Below, piece after piece: positions 1 to 13,707 of a stretch of DNA of 64,000 bases. Position 1 is the first letter of the stretch; each line of letters begins with the position of its first letter. A model generated the notes under the pieces. That model made no database searches. It saw nothing but the letters and a program-made list of their open reading frames with translations, and was not told the DNA's origin. The translations under genes were made by a program, and so were the position numbers. This DNA comes from Chiloscyllium plagiosum (Eukaryota). The stretch lies in assembly GCF_004010195.1 (NCBI RefSeq), contig NC_057719.1:27353872-27417871 (forward strand). The letters run 5' to 3'.

Positions 1-279
1 TTATCTCATTTCTGAAGGCTTCCCATTTTCCAGCCGTCCCTTTACCTGCGAACATCTGCCTCCAATCAGCTTTCAAAAGTTCTTGCCTAATACCGTCAAA
101 ATTGGCCTTTCTCCAATTTAGAACTTCAACTTTTAGATCTGGTCTATCCTTTTCCATCACTATTTTAAAACGAATAGAATTATGGTCGCTGGCCCCTAAG
201 TGCTCCCCCACTGACACCTCAGTCACACTGCCCTGCCTTATTTCCCAAGAGTAGGTCAAGTTTTGCACCTTCACTAGTA
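1..279 (-). mobile_element. CR1 LINE ORF2 fragment (end of endonuclease and linker), runs off window edge
   Basis: Reverse complement aligns to ~40580-40850 of the CR1 in this window (LDLLLGNKAG..VSVGEHLGASDHNSI). Confidence 0.9.
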
Positions 280-514
280 ATTAACAAGCTACAGAAAGCA
301 GAAGTTTTGAATTGAGTTGATGTATGAGGGATGATGGAGGATTGAATGCCAGACAGATTGTACATATTAGTAACAGCAATATTTAAATAAGGGTTTCAGC
401 GATGGTAAGAGTAAGATTGGGACAGAGTTGAATGTTGTCATGGAGATGGAAGTAAATGCTGATGGATCAGGTGGAAACAGTGTGCTGAATAGAATGCCAA
501 TGTTTTACACTGAA

Positions 515-857
515 TGGGGGTGGGGATAGAGGTGATAGGTCAGAGGGGAGGGTGGAGTGGATAGGTGGGAAGGGAGATTGGCAGGTAGGACAGGTCATGA
601 GGACAGTGCTGAGCTGGAAGGTTGGAACTGAAGTAAGATGGGGGGAGGGGAAATGAGGAAACTGGCGAAGTACACATTGATGCCCTGGGGTTGAAGTGTT
701 CTAAGGCGGAAGATGAGGCGTTCTTCCTCCAGGCATCGGGTGGTGAGGGAGCAGCGGTGGAGGAGGCCCAGGACCTGCATGTCCTCGGCAGAGTGGGAGG
801 GGAGTTGAAATGTTGGACCATGGGGCGGTGAGGCTGATTGGTGCGGGTGCCAGAGAC
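515..857 (-). mobile_element. Penelope-like element fragment, C-terminal GIY-YIG region
   Basis: Peptide HFNS/PSHSAEDMQVLGLLH..LEEERLIFRL.TLQPQGIN; homologous to 16041-16240. Confidence 0.85.
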
Positions 858-1093
858 ATAAAACAGATATCCAGCTGCAGCTCACTGCATGCAGAAGTTA
901 GGTTAGCAGTTACCTGACTCCCAGGGTTGGCGGATCTGGAGAGGCTCTTGCTGTGGCACCTAGCGACTTCGGTTGTGAGCAGTTAAGGACAGGATGCCTG
1001 AACCCATAAAGATATGTTTTAAATTTGCAAGACCTTTGACTAAATGTCTTAACATTTATTGTAGAAACCATTCAAGACACTTTTGCCTGATTC

Positions 1094-1240
1094 AGAAACT
1101 TAGAAAACAGAAGCAGGAATAGGCCATTCAGCCCTTCGAGCCTTCTCTGTAATTCAGTAAGATCACGCCTGAGCATTCACCTCAGTACCCTGTTCCTGCT
1201 TTCTCCCCATTCCTTTTCATCATTTCAGCCCGAGAAACGG
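1094..1240 (-). mobile_element. Degenerate CR1 3' tail
   Basis: AGAAGCAGGAATAGGCCATTCAGCCCTTCGAGCC resembles the reverse complement of CR1 3' ends at ~45400-45497 and ~47900-47955. Confidence 0.6.
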
Positions 1241-1834
1241 ATAAGGTGAATCTCAGTTATGTGAAGACCAAATCAAAACAAAGTGTTAAATTGGCTACAA
1301 GGTAGGAAATGTGTGACTAGTGCACTGTATGGAGCTTTTGCTCCTTCTCTTCTCAACTTCATATTGAATTAAAGTTTGCGTTCCCTCTGATGAAAGCAAC
1401 TAGCTAGCCAGCCTGATAGATTTCCGATCTGTGAAGAGAGTCAGAAAAGGTATGGGTCCTTCATTCAAAGTCATTTGCGCATCAAGATCTTGAAGTCATA
1501 AAGAGAGACACAAGATTGTGAAGATAGAATTCTGAGATGACAAAAAGAGAGAGGAACTAAATGTCACGTTCTTCACGTGGTTAAAAAAAAGACATAATTT
1601 GGGCCCAGGGCTAAGATTTCCTTTCTGCTGCTTTAGCTTTATAATAATGGAGCATTGTCAAAAGGAAAGTGCAATCACTTATGCTCTAACTTATTCAACC
1701 ATGCAGCAGGTTTAATTTTGTATTTGTTTCATTCTTCACAACCTAAAGCTCAGGATAATAGGAAGCAAATGTTCTTTACTGAATTAAAAATCACACAACA
1801 CCAGGTTATAGTCCAACAGGTTTAATTAGAAGCA

Positions 1835-1869
1835 CACTAGCTTTCGGAGCGACGCTCCTTCATCAGGTG
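1835..1869 (-). ncRNA. Minimal type I hammerhead ribozyme motif
   Basis: Exact reverse complement of 1888-1922. Confidence 0.75.
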
Positions 1870-1887
1870 GTTGTCACCACTCACAAC

Positions 1888-1922
1888 CACCTGATGAAGG
1901 AGCGTCGCTCCGAAAGCTAGTG
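1888..1922 (+). ncRNA. Minimal type I hammerhead ribozyme motif
   Basis: CAC-CTGATGA-A-GGAGC gtc GCTCC-GAAA-GC-TA-GTG: stem I CAC/GTG, intact core, 5-bp stem II, palindromic AGCU stem III. Confidence 0.75.
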
Positions 1923-2243
1923 TGCTTCCAATTAAATCTGTTGGACTATAACCTGGTGTTGTGTGATTTTTAACTTTGTACACCCCAGTCCAACACCGGC
2001 ATCTCCAAATCATTCTTTACTGAAAGCTGCAATAAACGCTTCCTTCCCTGTTTAGCACTTAATTGTTTCACTAAAAACAATTGTCTTTTTAATGAGGGAA
2101 TCCTTTCTCTTGGTAAACACGTAACACCAAAATTTTGGCCTGGAATTTGTGATCCAAATGACAAATTTAGTTGGACAAGCGCCAGTCAACCAGGTGTCTT
2201 TGCTCACCATAATCCAACCTTGTCAGGCAATGTGGAGACTTCC

Positions 2244-2372
2244 TAATACATAACATTGAACATAGGACATTACAGTGCAGTACAGGCCCTTCAGCCCTTG
2301 GTATTGTGCCAACCTGTGGAACCAATCTGGAGACCATCTAATCAACACTATTCCATTCTCTTCCAAATGCCT
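2244..2372 (-). mobile_element. CR1 3' tail fragment
   Basis: GAACATAGGACATTACAGTGCAGTACAGGCCCTTCAGCCC is a typical antisense CR1 tail. Confidence 0.6.
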
Positions 2373-2750
2373 GGACGAAAGCAAATGAGCAAATAAGCAG
2401 GAGATTTTGTTTTAAAAAAAGCTTTCACCTCCCACAGGAGACATTGTGATTATAGAAGGCATCTTACTACAATGACCTTTGGGAGGCCTTAGAAAGGGAA
2501 ACTGGATGTCTCAAATGAAGGAAGAAAGCAGGACATCAGTGCAGGAGATAAAGCTGAAGCATTTGCAACAATCTTCAGCTTGAACTACCAAATCGGATTA
2601 CACATCTTGGCCTCTTCCAGATGTTCCGGCATTGCAGATGTAAGTCTTCAACCAATTTGATTCACACCACATGATGTCACAAATGACTGAAGGTACTGGA
2701 TACTGCAAACACACTGGACTTTACAACCATTTTGATTATTGTACTGAAGA

Positions 2751-4875
2751 AGTTGAGGTTTTGGTTAAGAAAAAGAAGGAAGCATATGTCAGGTATAGAC
2801 AGGAGAAATCGATTAAATCCTTAGAAGAGTATAAAGGCAGTAGGAGTATACTTAAGAGGGAAATCAGGAGGGCAAAAAGGGGACATGAGATAGTTTGGTA
2901 AATAGGGTTAAGGAGAATCAAAAGGGTTTTTAAAAATATATTCATGACAAAAGGGTAACTAGGGAGACAATATGGCCCCTCAAAGATCAGGAGAAAGTGA
3001 GGACTGCAGATGCTGGGGATCAGAGCATCAAAGGAGAAGGAGAATCGACGTTTCAGGCACGTTGATTCTCCTTCTCCTTTGATGCTGCCTTACCTGCTGC
3101 GCTTTTCCAGCAACACATTATTAAGCCCCTCAAAAATCAGCAAGGCAGCCTTTGTGTGTGGAGCCGCAAGAGATTGGGGAGGTACTAAATGAATTTTGCA
3201 TCAGTATTTACTGTGGAAAAGGACATGGAAGATATAGAATGTGGGGAAATAGATGGTGACATCTTGAAAACTGTCCATATTACAGAGGAGGAAGTGCTGG
3301 ATGTCTTGAAATGCATAAAAGTGGATAAATCCCCAGGACCCAATCAGGTGCACCTGAGAATTCTGTGAGAAGGTAGAGAAGTGATTGCTGGGCCTCTTGC
3401 TGAGATATTTGTATCATCAATAGTCACACTTGAGGTGCCAGTAGACTAGAGGTTAGCTAATGTAGTGCCATTGTTTAAGAAAGGTGGTAAGGACAAGCCA
3501 GGGAACTATAGACCAATGAGCCTGAAGTCAGTGGTGGGCAAGTTGTTGGTGGGAATCCTGAGGGAAAAGATGTAAATGTATTTGGACAGGCAAAGACTGA
3601 TTAGGGATAGTCAACATGACATGATAGAAATCATGTCTCACAAACTTGATTGAGTGTTTTGAAGAAGTAACAAAGAAGATTGATGAGGGCAAAGCTGTAG
3701 ACGTGACTTATATGCACTACAGTAAGGCGTTCGGCAAGGTTCCCCATGGGAGACTGGTTAGCAAGGTTATATCTCATGGAATACAGGGAGAACTCATCAT
3801 TTTGATACAGAACTGGCTCAAAGGATGGTGGTGAGGATTGTTTTTCAAGATTAGAGGCCTGTGACCAGTGGAGAGCCACAAGGATCGGTATTGAGTCCGC
3901 TACTTTTCGTCATTTACATAAATTATTTGGATATGAATATAGGAGGTTTAGTTAGTAAGTTTGCAGATGACACCAAAATTGGAGATGTAGTGGACAGTGA
4001 AGAAGGTTACCTTGGATTATAACAGGATCTTGATCAGATGGGCCAATGGGCTGAGAAGTAACAGATGGAGTTTAATTTAGATAAATGTGAGTTGCTGCAT
4101 TTTGGGAAAGCAAAACTTAGCAGGACTTATACACTTAATGGTAGGGTTCTAGGGAGTGTTGCTGAACAAAGAGACCTTAGAGTGCAGGTTCATAGCTCCT
4201 TGAATGTAGAGTCACAGGTAGATAGGACAGTGAAAAAGGTGTTTGGTATGCTTTCCTTTATTGGTCAGAATATTGAGTACAGGAGTTGGGAGGTCATGTT
4301 GTGGCTGTACAGGATATTGGTTAGGCCACTGTTGGAAAATTGTGTGCAATTCTGGTCTCCTTCCTATCAGAAGGACATTGTGAAATTCGAAAGGGTTCGG
4401 AAAAGATTTACAAGGATCTTGCCAGAATTGGAAGATTTGAACTATAGGGAGAGGATGAATAGGCTGACGCTGTTTTCCCTGGAGCATCAGAGGTTGACGA
4501 GTGACCTTATAGAGGTTTAGAAAATCATGCGGGGCATGGATAGGTAGACAAGGTCTTTTCCCTGAGGTGGGAGAGTCCAGAACTATAGGGCATAGGTTTA
4601 GGGTGAGAGGGGAAAGATATAAAAGAGACCTAAGGGGCAACTTTTCATGCAGAGGGGATGCATGTATGGATTGAGCTGCCAGAGGAAGTGGTGGAGGCTG
4701 GTACAACTGCAACATTTAAGAGGCATTTGGATGGATATATGAATAGGAAGGGTTTGGAAGGATATGGGCCAGGTGCTGACAAGTGGGACTAGATGGATTG
4801 GGATATCTGGTCAGCATGGACGAGTTGGACCGAAGGATGTGTTTCCACGCGATACATCTCTATGACTCTATGACT
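2751..4875 (+). mobile_element. 5'-truncated CR1 LINE (ORF2 RT to 3' tail), pseudogenised
   Basis: KPGNYRP, KAFGKVPHGRL, FADDTK (~3960), QFWSP motifs; tail CTCTATGACTCTATGACT; multiple stops and frameshifts. Confidence 0.95.
2991..3124. mobile_element. Miniature fold-back PLE pLTR element inside CR1
   Basis: GAGAAAGTGAGGACTGCAGATGCTGG end; internal inverted repeat; 16-bp TSD GCCCCTCAAA(G/A)ATCAG at 2975-2990 and 3125-3140. Confidence 0.85.
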
Positions 4876-7329
4876 TGCTCTTTGACATACTGCACCTCTA
4901 TCCAGCTGTTTCCACACAGCTGCAACACTGAAACCTACCTGCAATGTGGAAAATTGTCCAGGTATGTCCCGGGCACTAAAAGCAGGTCAAATTCAAGTTT
5001 ATCAATGACTGCCCCATTTCACTCATCAGTAAAGTGATGGAAGGGGTCATCAGCAGTGCTACAAGCATTACCTACTCAGCAATAACTACTCAGTGATGCC
5101 CAGTTTGGGTTCTGCCAGGGCCACTCAGCTCCTGATCACATTACAGCCTTGGTTCAAACATAAATAAAAGAGTCATAAAAAAGAAGAGAGTGACAGCCCC
5201 TGATATCAAGGCTATATTCGACTGATTACAGCATAAAGTATCTCTTGCAAAACCCAAGTCAATGGGAATCTGGTGGAACACTCTTAGATTTGAGTCATAC
5301 GCGGCACAAAGGAAGAAGGATTTGGTTGTTGTAGCTTCATCATCTCAGATGTGAGACATCTCGCAGAAGCTCCTCAGGGTAGCGTCTGAGGCCCAACCAT
5401 CTTCAGTTGCTTCATCAATGACCTTCCCTCCATCATAAGGTTAGAAATGGAGATGTTCACTGATGATTGCACAGCAGATGCAGCAATATCTGAACAAATC
5501 CAGGCTTGGGCTGTTAGGTGGCAAGTAACACTCATGCCATGAAAATGCCAAGCAATGACCATCTTCAACAGGAGACAATCAATCACCCCTTGATGTTACC
5601 CTCACCGAAATCAACATCCCCGGGGTTACCATTGACCAAACGTTAATAAGTACTGTGGCTACAACAGCAAGTCAGTGGCTAGGAATCCTGCGTCATATAA
5701 TTCACCTCCTGAGTCTCTAAAGCCTGTTCCACCATCTACAAAGCACAATTCAGGATTGTGATGGAATACTCTGTCTTGCCTGGATGGGTCCTGCTCTAAC
5801 AACACTCAAGAAGCTTGATACCATCCAGGACACATCAGCCCACTTGATTGGCACCACATTCACAAATATTCCCTCCCTCCACCACTGATGCTCCAAGGCA
5901 GGAGTGAGTACTTTTTAACAAGTTGTACAGTAGCAATTTACCAGCATTTTATAAACTGCATCTACCAAACCCAGAGTGACTACCATCTAGACGGATAAGG
6001 GTAGCAGATACATGGGGTCACCACCGCCTACAAGTTCCTCCCCAAGTGACTCACCATCCTGACTTGGAAATATAACACTATTCCTTCAGTGTTATTGCGT
6101 CAAAATCCTGGAATTCGCTCCTCAACAGCATTGTGGACCTACCTACAGCACACAGTGTTCAGCGATTCAAGAACAAAGTTTCCCAGAGGCAATGGGTAAT
6201 AAATGTTGACACAGCCAGCAACATTCCAGAGTGGATAAACAAAAAAGGTCTTGAGTTCTACTTGCTTGAATATAAAGGGAAGGATTTTCCTGATACTTTC
6301 CATGCTGTATGATCCTATGGCTCTCCTGAACATTGCTTTGACATTTAGGGATTTGGCAGTAGGTGAGGTTGAGTGCTAGGTAATGGAACCACCAACCATA
6401 CCTCTCCGGCAACTTCACTTGAACACAAGATCCGTTCTTAATTGGGTGGAGTGCCTGGAAAGCTAGCCTTCAGCATATCATTCAAGGGTCCAAAGCCCAT
6501 CATTCCAGGCTGATAATCGCAGTGGATCAGGAAAGGTTCCAAAAGTAGCAGGAGTTGCTAGATTTTAAAACATGCCAGTAAACTAACAGGACAAGGATGG
6601 AGTGAAATCTTGACAGCACCAGAGAGGATACATCATCAATTTGTGCGAACTGTGAAGAGTAAATATTTGGAAAGCAGGGTGATCTGAAATGATGAGCTCT
6701 TGGCTGATTATACATGCAAAAATTCCACAGGACATGACTTCCACAAATGTGAACCAGATGCAAAAAGAATATTATTCCGATAATATCTCCAAATTAATTA
6801 ATTAGCATATCCTTAGGCATCTGGAATTAATGAATAAGGTTATGCGGGTTTATCCATTGCAGGGCAAAAAAGCACAAAATTCATTTCTTGGCCATTCCTA
6901 CTTGCCCTTGTGAAAGTGGTGGATGAAATATTGTCTCCTGAACCACTGTATCCATCTGTCACTGAAACAGCCTCAGCGTTGTTGGGAAAGAAGCACCAGG
7001 TTTTGGTCCAGCAGCATTGTCTGGTGAGAGAGCTCCATGTCAGGGCAGTCTGTGGTTTGGAGCAGTGTTCCCAATCGGCATGCCACACATTAACTTCCAG
7101 CTCTGGAAGCTGCTGTTCCAGACTTCAGATCTCCACACAGCAAAAGAAAGAAATATTAGGAGGAATTTAGGCTTAAAGCAGAATTGGTAATTGTGAAATT
7201 TCCATTTGTCTACTGCCCTAAGCTTTCCAATTAGTTTAGGTTGTCGAAAGGGTGTGGCAAGTTGCTGCAGTGTATCTTATAAATGGTGCAAACTGTTACC
7301 ATTGTATGGAATGGAGGAAGGGTGGATGG

Positions 7330-7565
7330 TGTAGTGATTGTAAGGAGGTCAGCTGGGTGAACCTCATAGAATATAAGTTCCCTGATTGGGGGTGTTACTA
7401 CAGTCCAATCAAGGAGACCTGGCTGACAGATAAGAGCAGGAGTTATAGACATCCTGTTCACTCTGAGAGGTGACTCTGAGGGAGCTGAATCAGTGTCAAG
7501 GATTTTCCACATGCAAATAAAGGGTGACTTGGCGACAGGATACCAGCCTTTGTAAAGTTATTTCA
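7330..7565 (+). mobile_element. Solo LTR (~236 bp)
   Basis: TG...CA termini, CCAAT, AATAAA near 7516, flanks GATGG/CATGG. Confidence 0.65.
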
Positions 7566-10508
7566 CATGGGGATAGAGTCTCTCCAAGATATTTCAAGTC
7601 ACAGAACCTTTATTACAGCTAAGGCAGTTCTACAATAATAGATCAAAACATCCTGAAGAAATAAATTGATCACTCGTAAATGGGTAGGAACAACTCTTAA
7701 TTCATGTGGTATGTTCAATGTATAATTAAACCTCTATATCACTAGAATAAAGCTCAGTAGCAAAACACTCAGACTAAAGCTGCTCAGCAATTGCTTTTGA
7801 AGTCTTTCAGTATATTGTACTAGGGTGAATTGAAAATGCTTTCACATGGGGTCAATTTTATTGAGGTCAGCAAGGAACCATTAGAAAGGATGTGACAGGA
7901 AATAAAGAAGCTTTGTGCTCAAGAACAAAGTCAGTCTCTGACCTATAGATATATCCAAAAAAAATCCATTTGGAAACACAGGGCTGAATTTTTAAACAAT
8001 TTCATGGCTAGACAGACATGAATCAGTTTAACATGCCCCATTAGACCAAATTTCATTGGACCATGGTCCAGCACTCCTGAAAGCAGAATGTGGGCAGTCA
8101 CAGTGGCAGAAACTTGCTGTGACAGGCTGGTTAGACTTCATCCCAGTTATTATAGACACTATTCTTAGGTGTTTTAGCTCTCACTCATTACATGTGCACC
8201 ACTTCCTCTCCAACATCCTCTCATAGCCCACCATGCCATATTTCACAATCTATCAGCAGAGCGCAGAAAGCAAGGGATGAAGGAGAAGAAACTGAACAAT
8301 CTAATATTCGTACACCCTTGATCGTGAAGAAACTTGTTTTTCCGTAAGATCATTTAAAGCTTTCAAATTTCCTCACACATCTAAGCCTTTACAAAAACAA
8401 TAAAACTTCAATTCAGGCCCCATGTTAGGGCAGTTAAGCATTTATAGCCTCTTAAGCTAGTAAACTATGAACTCAGAAACCCCTCATGACTTACAACAAT
8501 AAAATAGTAGAATTTGGGGAAATGTCAACATGCACCTTTATTACCGAGAATCTTGTGGCAAAGTGGTATTCTCTTTGCCTCTAAACGTGAGGGGATTACG
8601 TGTTGCCCCGAGTCCGGGTGGCATTCTGGGATGATTGTACACAAGGGGACAAAGTTTAGTTGAATATCAAAGTTTCTTTCTCTATGCACACCTACAGACT
8701 TTGACACCCGCAACTAAGGCTCAGACTTCAAAGAAGCATTGGACCTCTGTGAACAAATAATGTCCTTGGGCTACCCTGTATTGGATCTTGTAACTGAGGC
8801 AATGGGCCCAGCTCCAGCACAAAATGGTGCCTTCATCAGGAAGATCGTCTTTCACTTGTGATAACACAAAATGTGTTTTTTTTAAGCAATATCCAAATCA
8901 AAAATGTGATCTTGTAAATAACTGGTCAAGGCAGATCTGAGACCTAAATTCCCATATCAAATTGAATTTAAAAAGTTCAAACTGCTACATCTGTTCTGCA
9001 GGGTAATGAATGATGAAAAAATTAGGTTGTACAAATCTGAGTAATGTTGTGTAAGATGATGGACAGTTTTATTTGCAACTATGTGGAAACTAAGACATGG
9101 TTCACATACAGGCAGCTGCTCCTTCCATTAAAATGAATTTATATTGAAGGCAGTTATTCTGCAGACATCTGTATTCAATTCCAGGATGGTCAGTAGCATG
9201 AATGTATCTGCAGTGCACAAGTTCAGAACAAATATTTGTCATTGATTGACTGATAATATATTAAAGCTTCGATTAAATCTCCTTTTCATTTCTGTTCCAG
9301 AGGAAATTGTCTGAATTATAGTAAGATCACATCTGGATTGTTAATCAGAAGTCGTCCCTACCTATGACAGTGAACACCAAGAAATTTTGAATTTTTACAC
9401 TATATACAAGAGCTGATTTGAGAGGACATCTCTGAAATCATTCACAATCAGACTGATGAAATCTGATATCATTATGACATTGCTCCTTCTGCACATGCTC
9501 ATTCACTATTCTTAGAACTGAGATATAGTTAACCATTTACTCCAAATGTCTGCCAAAGTTAGCTCTTCCCACAAACTGTTAACCTCATGAATAATTCAGT
9601 TTTTATCCACTCCTATGTCCTTCCCCCCTCCATCAATAACAGAAGCTTCTTATGCCCAAGTAATCAATCCCGAGGGTACTTGACTCTCTTGGACAAAGCA
9701 TGATATGTATGTGCAACCTTTCATTTTGGAACTTGAATACATTGGTGGAGTGAGATAGCAGCACTTTGTGACAACAGGGCTATGACACATACAATGGCCT
9801 GAGGGTAAAGTCAACGATGACCAATCAAAGAAAAACAGATTCAAAAGAGAACTTGAACCATCACAATTCCGTGAAAGGAAGACAACAAACTGAAATTCAT
9901 ATTCACATCATCTTCCATGTTGCGCACTGGGAATAAATAAAAGTGCTGGGTTAGCACTTCCTGCTGCTATGTAGAGCTCCCCAGCTGTGTCAACCACGGC
10001 TGCTCTGATGATGAAAGAACTATTTAATACTGTTAAGATCTGGTAGAAAAAGGGAAGAACAAACAGCATTCTGAAGAAATTCCTGGAGATGAGGGGAATA
10101 AAGGACTTTTTACCATTCCTAGGGGAGGGATTTTACTTTCTTAAGTAGTATTATCACTTATGCATTTGCTTCAGCTCTAAGCTGCTGTGCTGCAGAAATG
10201 AATCTCTGGGTGCACAATGGCCTTTTGAAGACAGCACAGGCGCCAGGGATACCAGTCTTTCAGTGGATATCAGCTAAGTGGCAGGTTGCTCCAGGCAGGT
10301 CCATGGTAGGGTGGGGCTGGAATCAGATGTGAGGAATACCACAGGGAAGGCTAAGGAATTAGATGAGTTTGGTATATTACAGCAAGAAATTTCATGAGGG
10401 CTTGTGATAATAAACTCTTCAAAAAACTCAACACAACTGACATTTACTCAATAAAAAGATTAATCTCTATGAAATATTGTGGCTCCAATCTATTACGAAT
10501 TTGATTAT

Positions 10509-12489
10509 TAGTAAGTTTTGAGAAGATGTTTGGCTCAGGTTGAGGTTCTGGATGTTGGTTTGGTCGCTTGAGCTGGAATGGTCATTTTTGGACATTTCAT
10601 CACCATACTAGCTAACATCTTCAGTGAGTCTCCAGATGAAGCACTGCTGGTATTTCCTGCTTTCTATTTATATGTTTGGATTTCCTTGGGTCGGTGATGT
10701 CATTTTCTGTGGTGACATTGTAAGAAACAAACTCAATAAAATTTTAGATGAGACCAACAAATCTGGAAACAAGACAATTTATTACGGACTTGCAAGTACG
10801 GGCTGCAATTGCACAAAGCAATTGAGCAAATTAGACTTGGGTTAGTTTACAATTATACCTTTGAGTTGAGTGAGGTCGCCTCTCCAGACTCCTAATTACC
10901 CAATCTCTCTTACTAGGCTATACAACTGCCCATCTTCGCTCCACCCTTGTTACTTCCCATGTTGGCAACCTTCCTCCCTATTAGTGCTGACATCTTCATT
11001 ACTTTGTTGCCGGTACATCAAGATATAGTTTAACATTTTGTATCAATACTGCTGGTACATTCCATTCTCTGTACACTTCATCAACTTTGTATCATTTTTG
11101 TACAGCTCAGGCATTTTAGTTATCTCAGTGTTTTTCTGAAAACTTATTTTAAAAGAGTTAACTTGCTTATATTATACTTCAGAATTAGTATTTAATTAAC
11201 TATAATTAAAAGTAAAGGTACACTTCCCTAAGTACCTGCAGAGTTAATCATTTTTCTGCTGGACCCCTTTTCTTCATGTTCTTTTATATCTGCAAAAACA
11301 ACACTTCTTTTTATTTCTAACAATATCATTTCCTACAGTGATGTAATTTCCTGTTCTTTTTCTCAGGGAGTGGTAAATGGGGTCCAAGTCAATGTGTTTG
11401 CTGATAGAGTTCTGCGTCTGCTATGTGGATGACACCTTTGTCATCACTAAACGAAAAAAGTTAGAGGAAACCTTCAAGACCAACAATAATACCCTTACTG
11501 GCATAAAATTCACTAAAGAGGGGAAAACCAACAATAAACTGCCATTCCTAGATGTCACAGTAGAATGAACTGACAATGAGGAACTTCAAACCAGCGTCTA
11601 CAAGAGAACAACACATACGGACCAAATATTGAACTACAGAAGCAATCATCCCAACACCCACAAACGAAGCTGCATCAGAACATTATTCCAATGAGCCAAC
11701 ACACACTACAGCACAGAGGAACGATGCAGAGTAGAGGAAAATCACCTAAACAGTGTATTCAAAAAGAATGGGTATCCAATGAACACAGTCCGCCAATTTC
11801 TCAGCAACAAACCCAAACAAGCAGACAAAATGCATCCACAAACCCTAGCCACTCTGCCCTACATCAAAGACATCTCGGAAATGATTGCCAGACTACTCAG
11901 GCCCCTTAGCATCATGGTAGCCCACAAATGCACCAACACACTAAAGCTGTAGCTAATGAACTTGAAAGACCCTATACAGACAACAACCAAAACTAATGTC
12001 ATTTACAAAATACTGTCCAAGAACTGTAACAAACACTACATTGGACAAACAGGCAGAAAACTAGCCACCAGGATAGATGAACATCAACTAGCCACAAAAC
12101 GACATGACCCTCTCTCACTAGTATCCTTACACAGAAAAGAAAGGACACCACTTTGAATGGGACAACACATCCATCCTAGAACAAGCCAAGCAGAGACATA
12201 CACAAGAATTTCTAGAAGCATGGCATTCCAACCAGAACTCTATCAACAAACACATTGACTTGGACCCCATTTACTACCCTCTAAGAAAAAGAACAGGAAA
12301 TGACATCACCATAGGAAATGACATCACCACCGGAAATTACATTACCAACCCAAGGAAACCCAAACATATAAATAGAAAGCAGGAAACACCAGCCGTTGTT
12401 TTTCCAGAGGCTCACTGAAGATGGTACCTAGTATGGTGATGAAACTTCCAAAAATGAACCTTCCACCTCAGCGAGCAAACCTACATCCA
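10509..12489 (+). mobile_element. Poseidon-type Penelope-like element: inverted pLTR (10509-~11412, - strand) then RT C-terminus, GIY-YIG and pLTR (+ strand)
   Basis: YVDDTFVI, KLPFLDV, NVIYKI..C..HYIGQTGR.L..R..EH; 12-bp TSD GAATTTGATTAT at 10497-10508 and 12490-12501; degenerate hammerheads at ~10590-10627 and ~12413-12450. Confidence 0.9.
10719..11322 (-). mobile_element. Solo LTR (604 bp) inserted in the PLE inverted arm
   Basis: Termini TGTAAGAAA...TTTCTAACA (8/9 inverted); TSD ACAT/ATAT; AATAAA on - strand near 10780; host PLE resumes in register. Confidence 0.8.
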
Positions 12490-13211
12490 GAATTTGATTA
12501 TGTGTCTTCGTTTGATCTGATAGGGAATCAAATACAGTGAGAAAAAAGTAGTTTCAAATAAAGCCTGAATACATCGACCACTGGAATCTGGAATTTAAAA
12601 GGTTGTGAAAGTAGATTACACATATAACCTGAAATTCCAACATTATGGATATGAGGTGGCTAAATGGGACTAATCACAACTGCTCTCAGAGAGGATCTCC
12701 TTCTGTACTGTGGGTTTCTATGATTCCTTGTACTATTCTGATCGCATTTCAGCCAGGAGAGGAATTTAGTTTTGTTTTAAAATTTACCTATTTACAGGCA
12801 TTTGTCATGATTATAAATAAAAACCATCATTTAGATAGAAGGCTGGAAAATAATATGAAGGCTGACACTCCCAGTGCTGTCTTTTTTGTATGATGTTAAA
12901 TGCAACCATCAATAACCTTCCTTCATCAACATAAGATTTCCCAAGGCAATATTCCAAAGAATAGGAGTGTTACCACCCCACCACAAAAACTGGTTTCCAA
13001 GCTAATTATTCATGTCATGACCAATATCATTGAAATAGGGTATTCAATCTATATTCTTGCACATCAGGTTTGTGTATTAGATACTATATGGCATTTGAAT
13101 TTAGAACTGAAAATATACTGGGTACTACATAAAAAGCCAGAAGTACATGTAACAGCAGTATGAAGCAGTTTCCAGTAATACGTTTGTAGCCTTGTCGTGA
13201 TTCACTGGGCT

Positions 13212-13707
13212 CGGGTTCAGAAAAGATTAACAAAGATGTTGCCAGGGTTGGATAGTTTGAGCTATAGTGAGAGGTTGGATAGGCTGGGACTATTTTTTAC
13301 TGGAATGTAGGAGATTGAGGGGTGACCTTATAGAGGTTTATAAAATCGTGGCTAGGGTAAATAGACAAGATCTTTTCCCCAGGGTCGGGGTGTTCAAAAC
13401 TAGAGGGCATAGGTTTAATGTGAGAGGGGAAAGATTTAAAATGGACCTCAGGGGCAACATTTCATGCAGAGGGTGGCGCATTAATGGAATGAGCTGCCAG
13501 AGGAAGTGGTGGAGGCTAGTACAGTTATAACATTTAAAAGGCATCCGGATAGATATATGAATATAAAGGGTATATGAATAGGAAGGGTTTAGAGGGCTGT
13601 GGGCCAAATGCTGGCAAATGGGACTATTTAGGATGTCTGATTGGCATGGACTGGTTTAATCAAAGGATCTGTTTCTGTGCTGAATATCTCTATGACTCTA
13701 TGACTCT
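13212..13707 (+). mobile_element. CR1 3' fragment
   Basis: RRLRGDLIEVYKI, TRGHRF; CTCTATGACTCTATGACTCT tail. Confidence 0.92.

Larger units (their letters stand above)
1784..2012. mobile_element. Miniature fold-back PLE-derived (pLTR) element
   Basis: 91-bp inverted arms 1784-1874/1883-1973, 8-nt spacer, hammerhead motif in each arm; 12-bp TSD TTCTTTACTGAA at 1772-1783 and 2013-2024. Confidence 0.85.
2520..6240 (+). mobile_element. Old CR1/L2-group LINE (RT and 3' end), split by a younger CR1 at 2751-4875
   Basis: Degenerate RT motifs PQGSV*GPTIFSCFINDLP (~5372-5430) and MFTDDC (~5453); the related copy at 35770-36620 is continuous across the junction (ACTGAAGAC). Confidence 0.75.

Noticed and set aside
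915..998. ~84-nt AG..GT bounded segment on - strand
   Set aside because: Weak polypyrimidine tract, unrecognised peptide, and adjacent to repeat debris.
1784..1973. miRNA precursor or DNA-transposon MITE
   Set aside because: The arms contain PLE hammerhead motifs, extra tail sequence lies outside one arm, and the TSD is 12 bp; better explained as a fold-back PLE.
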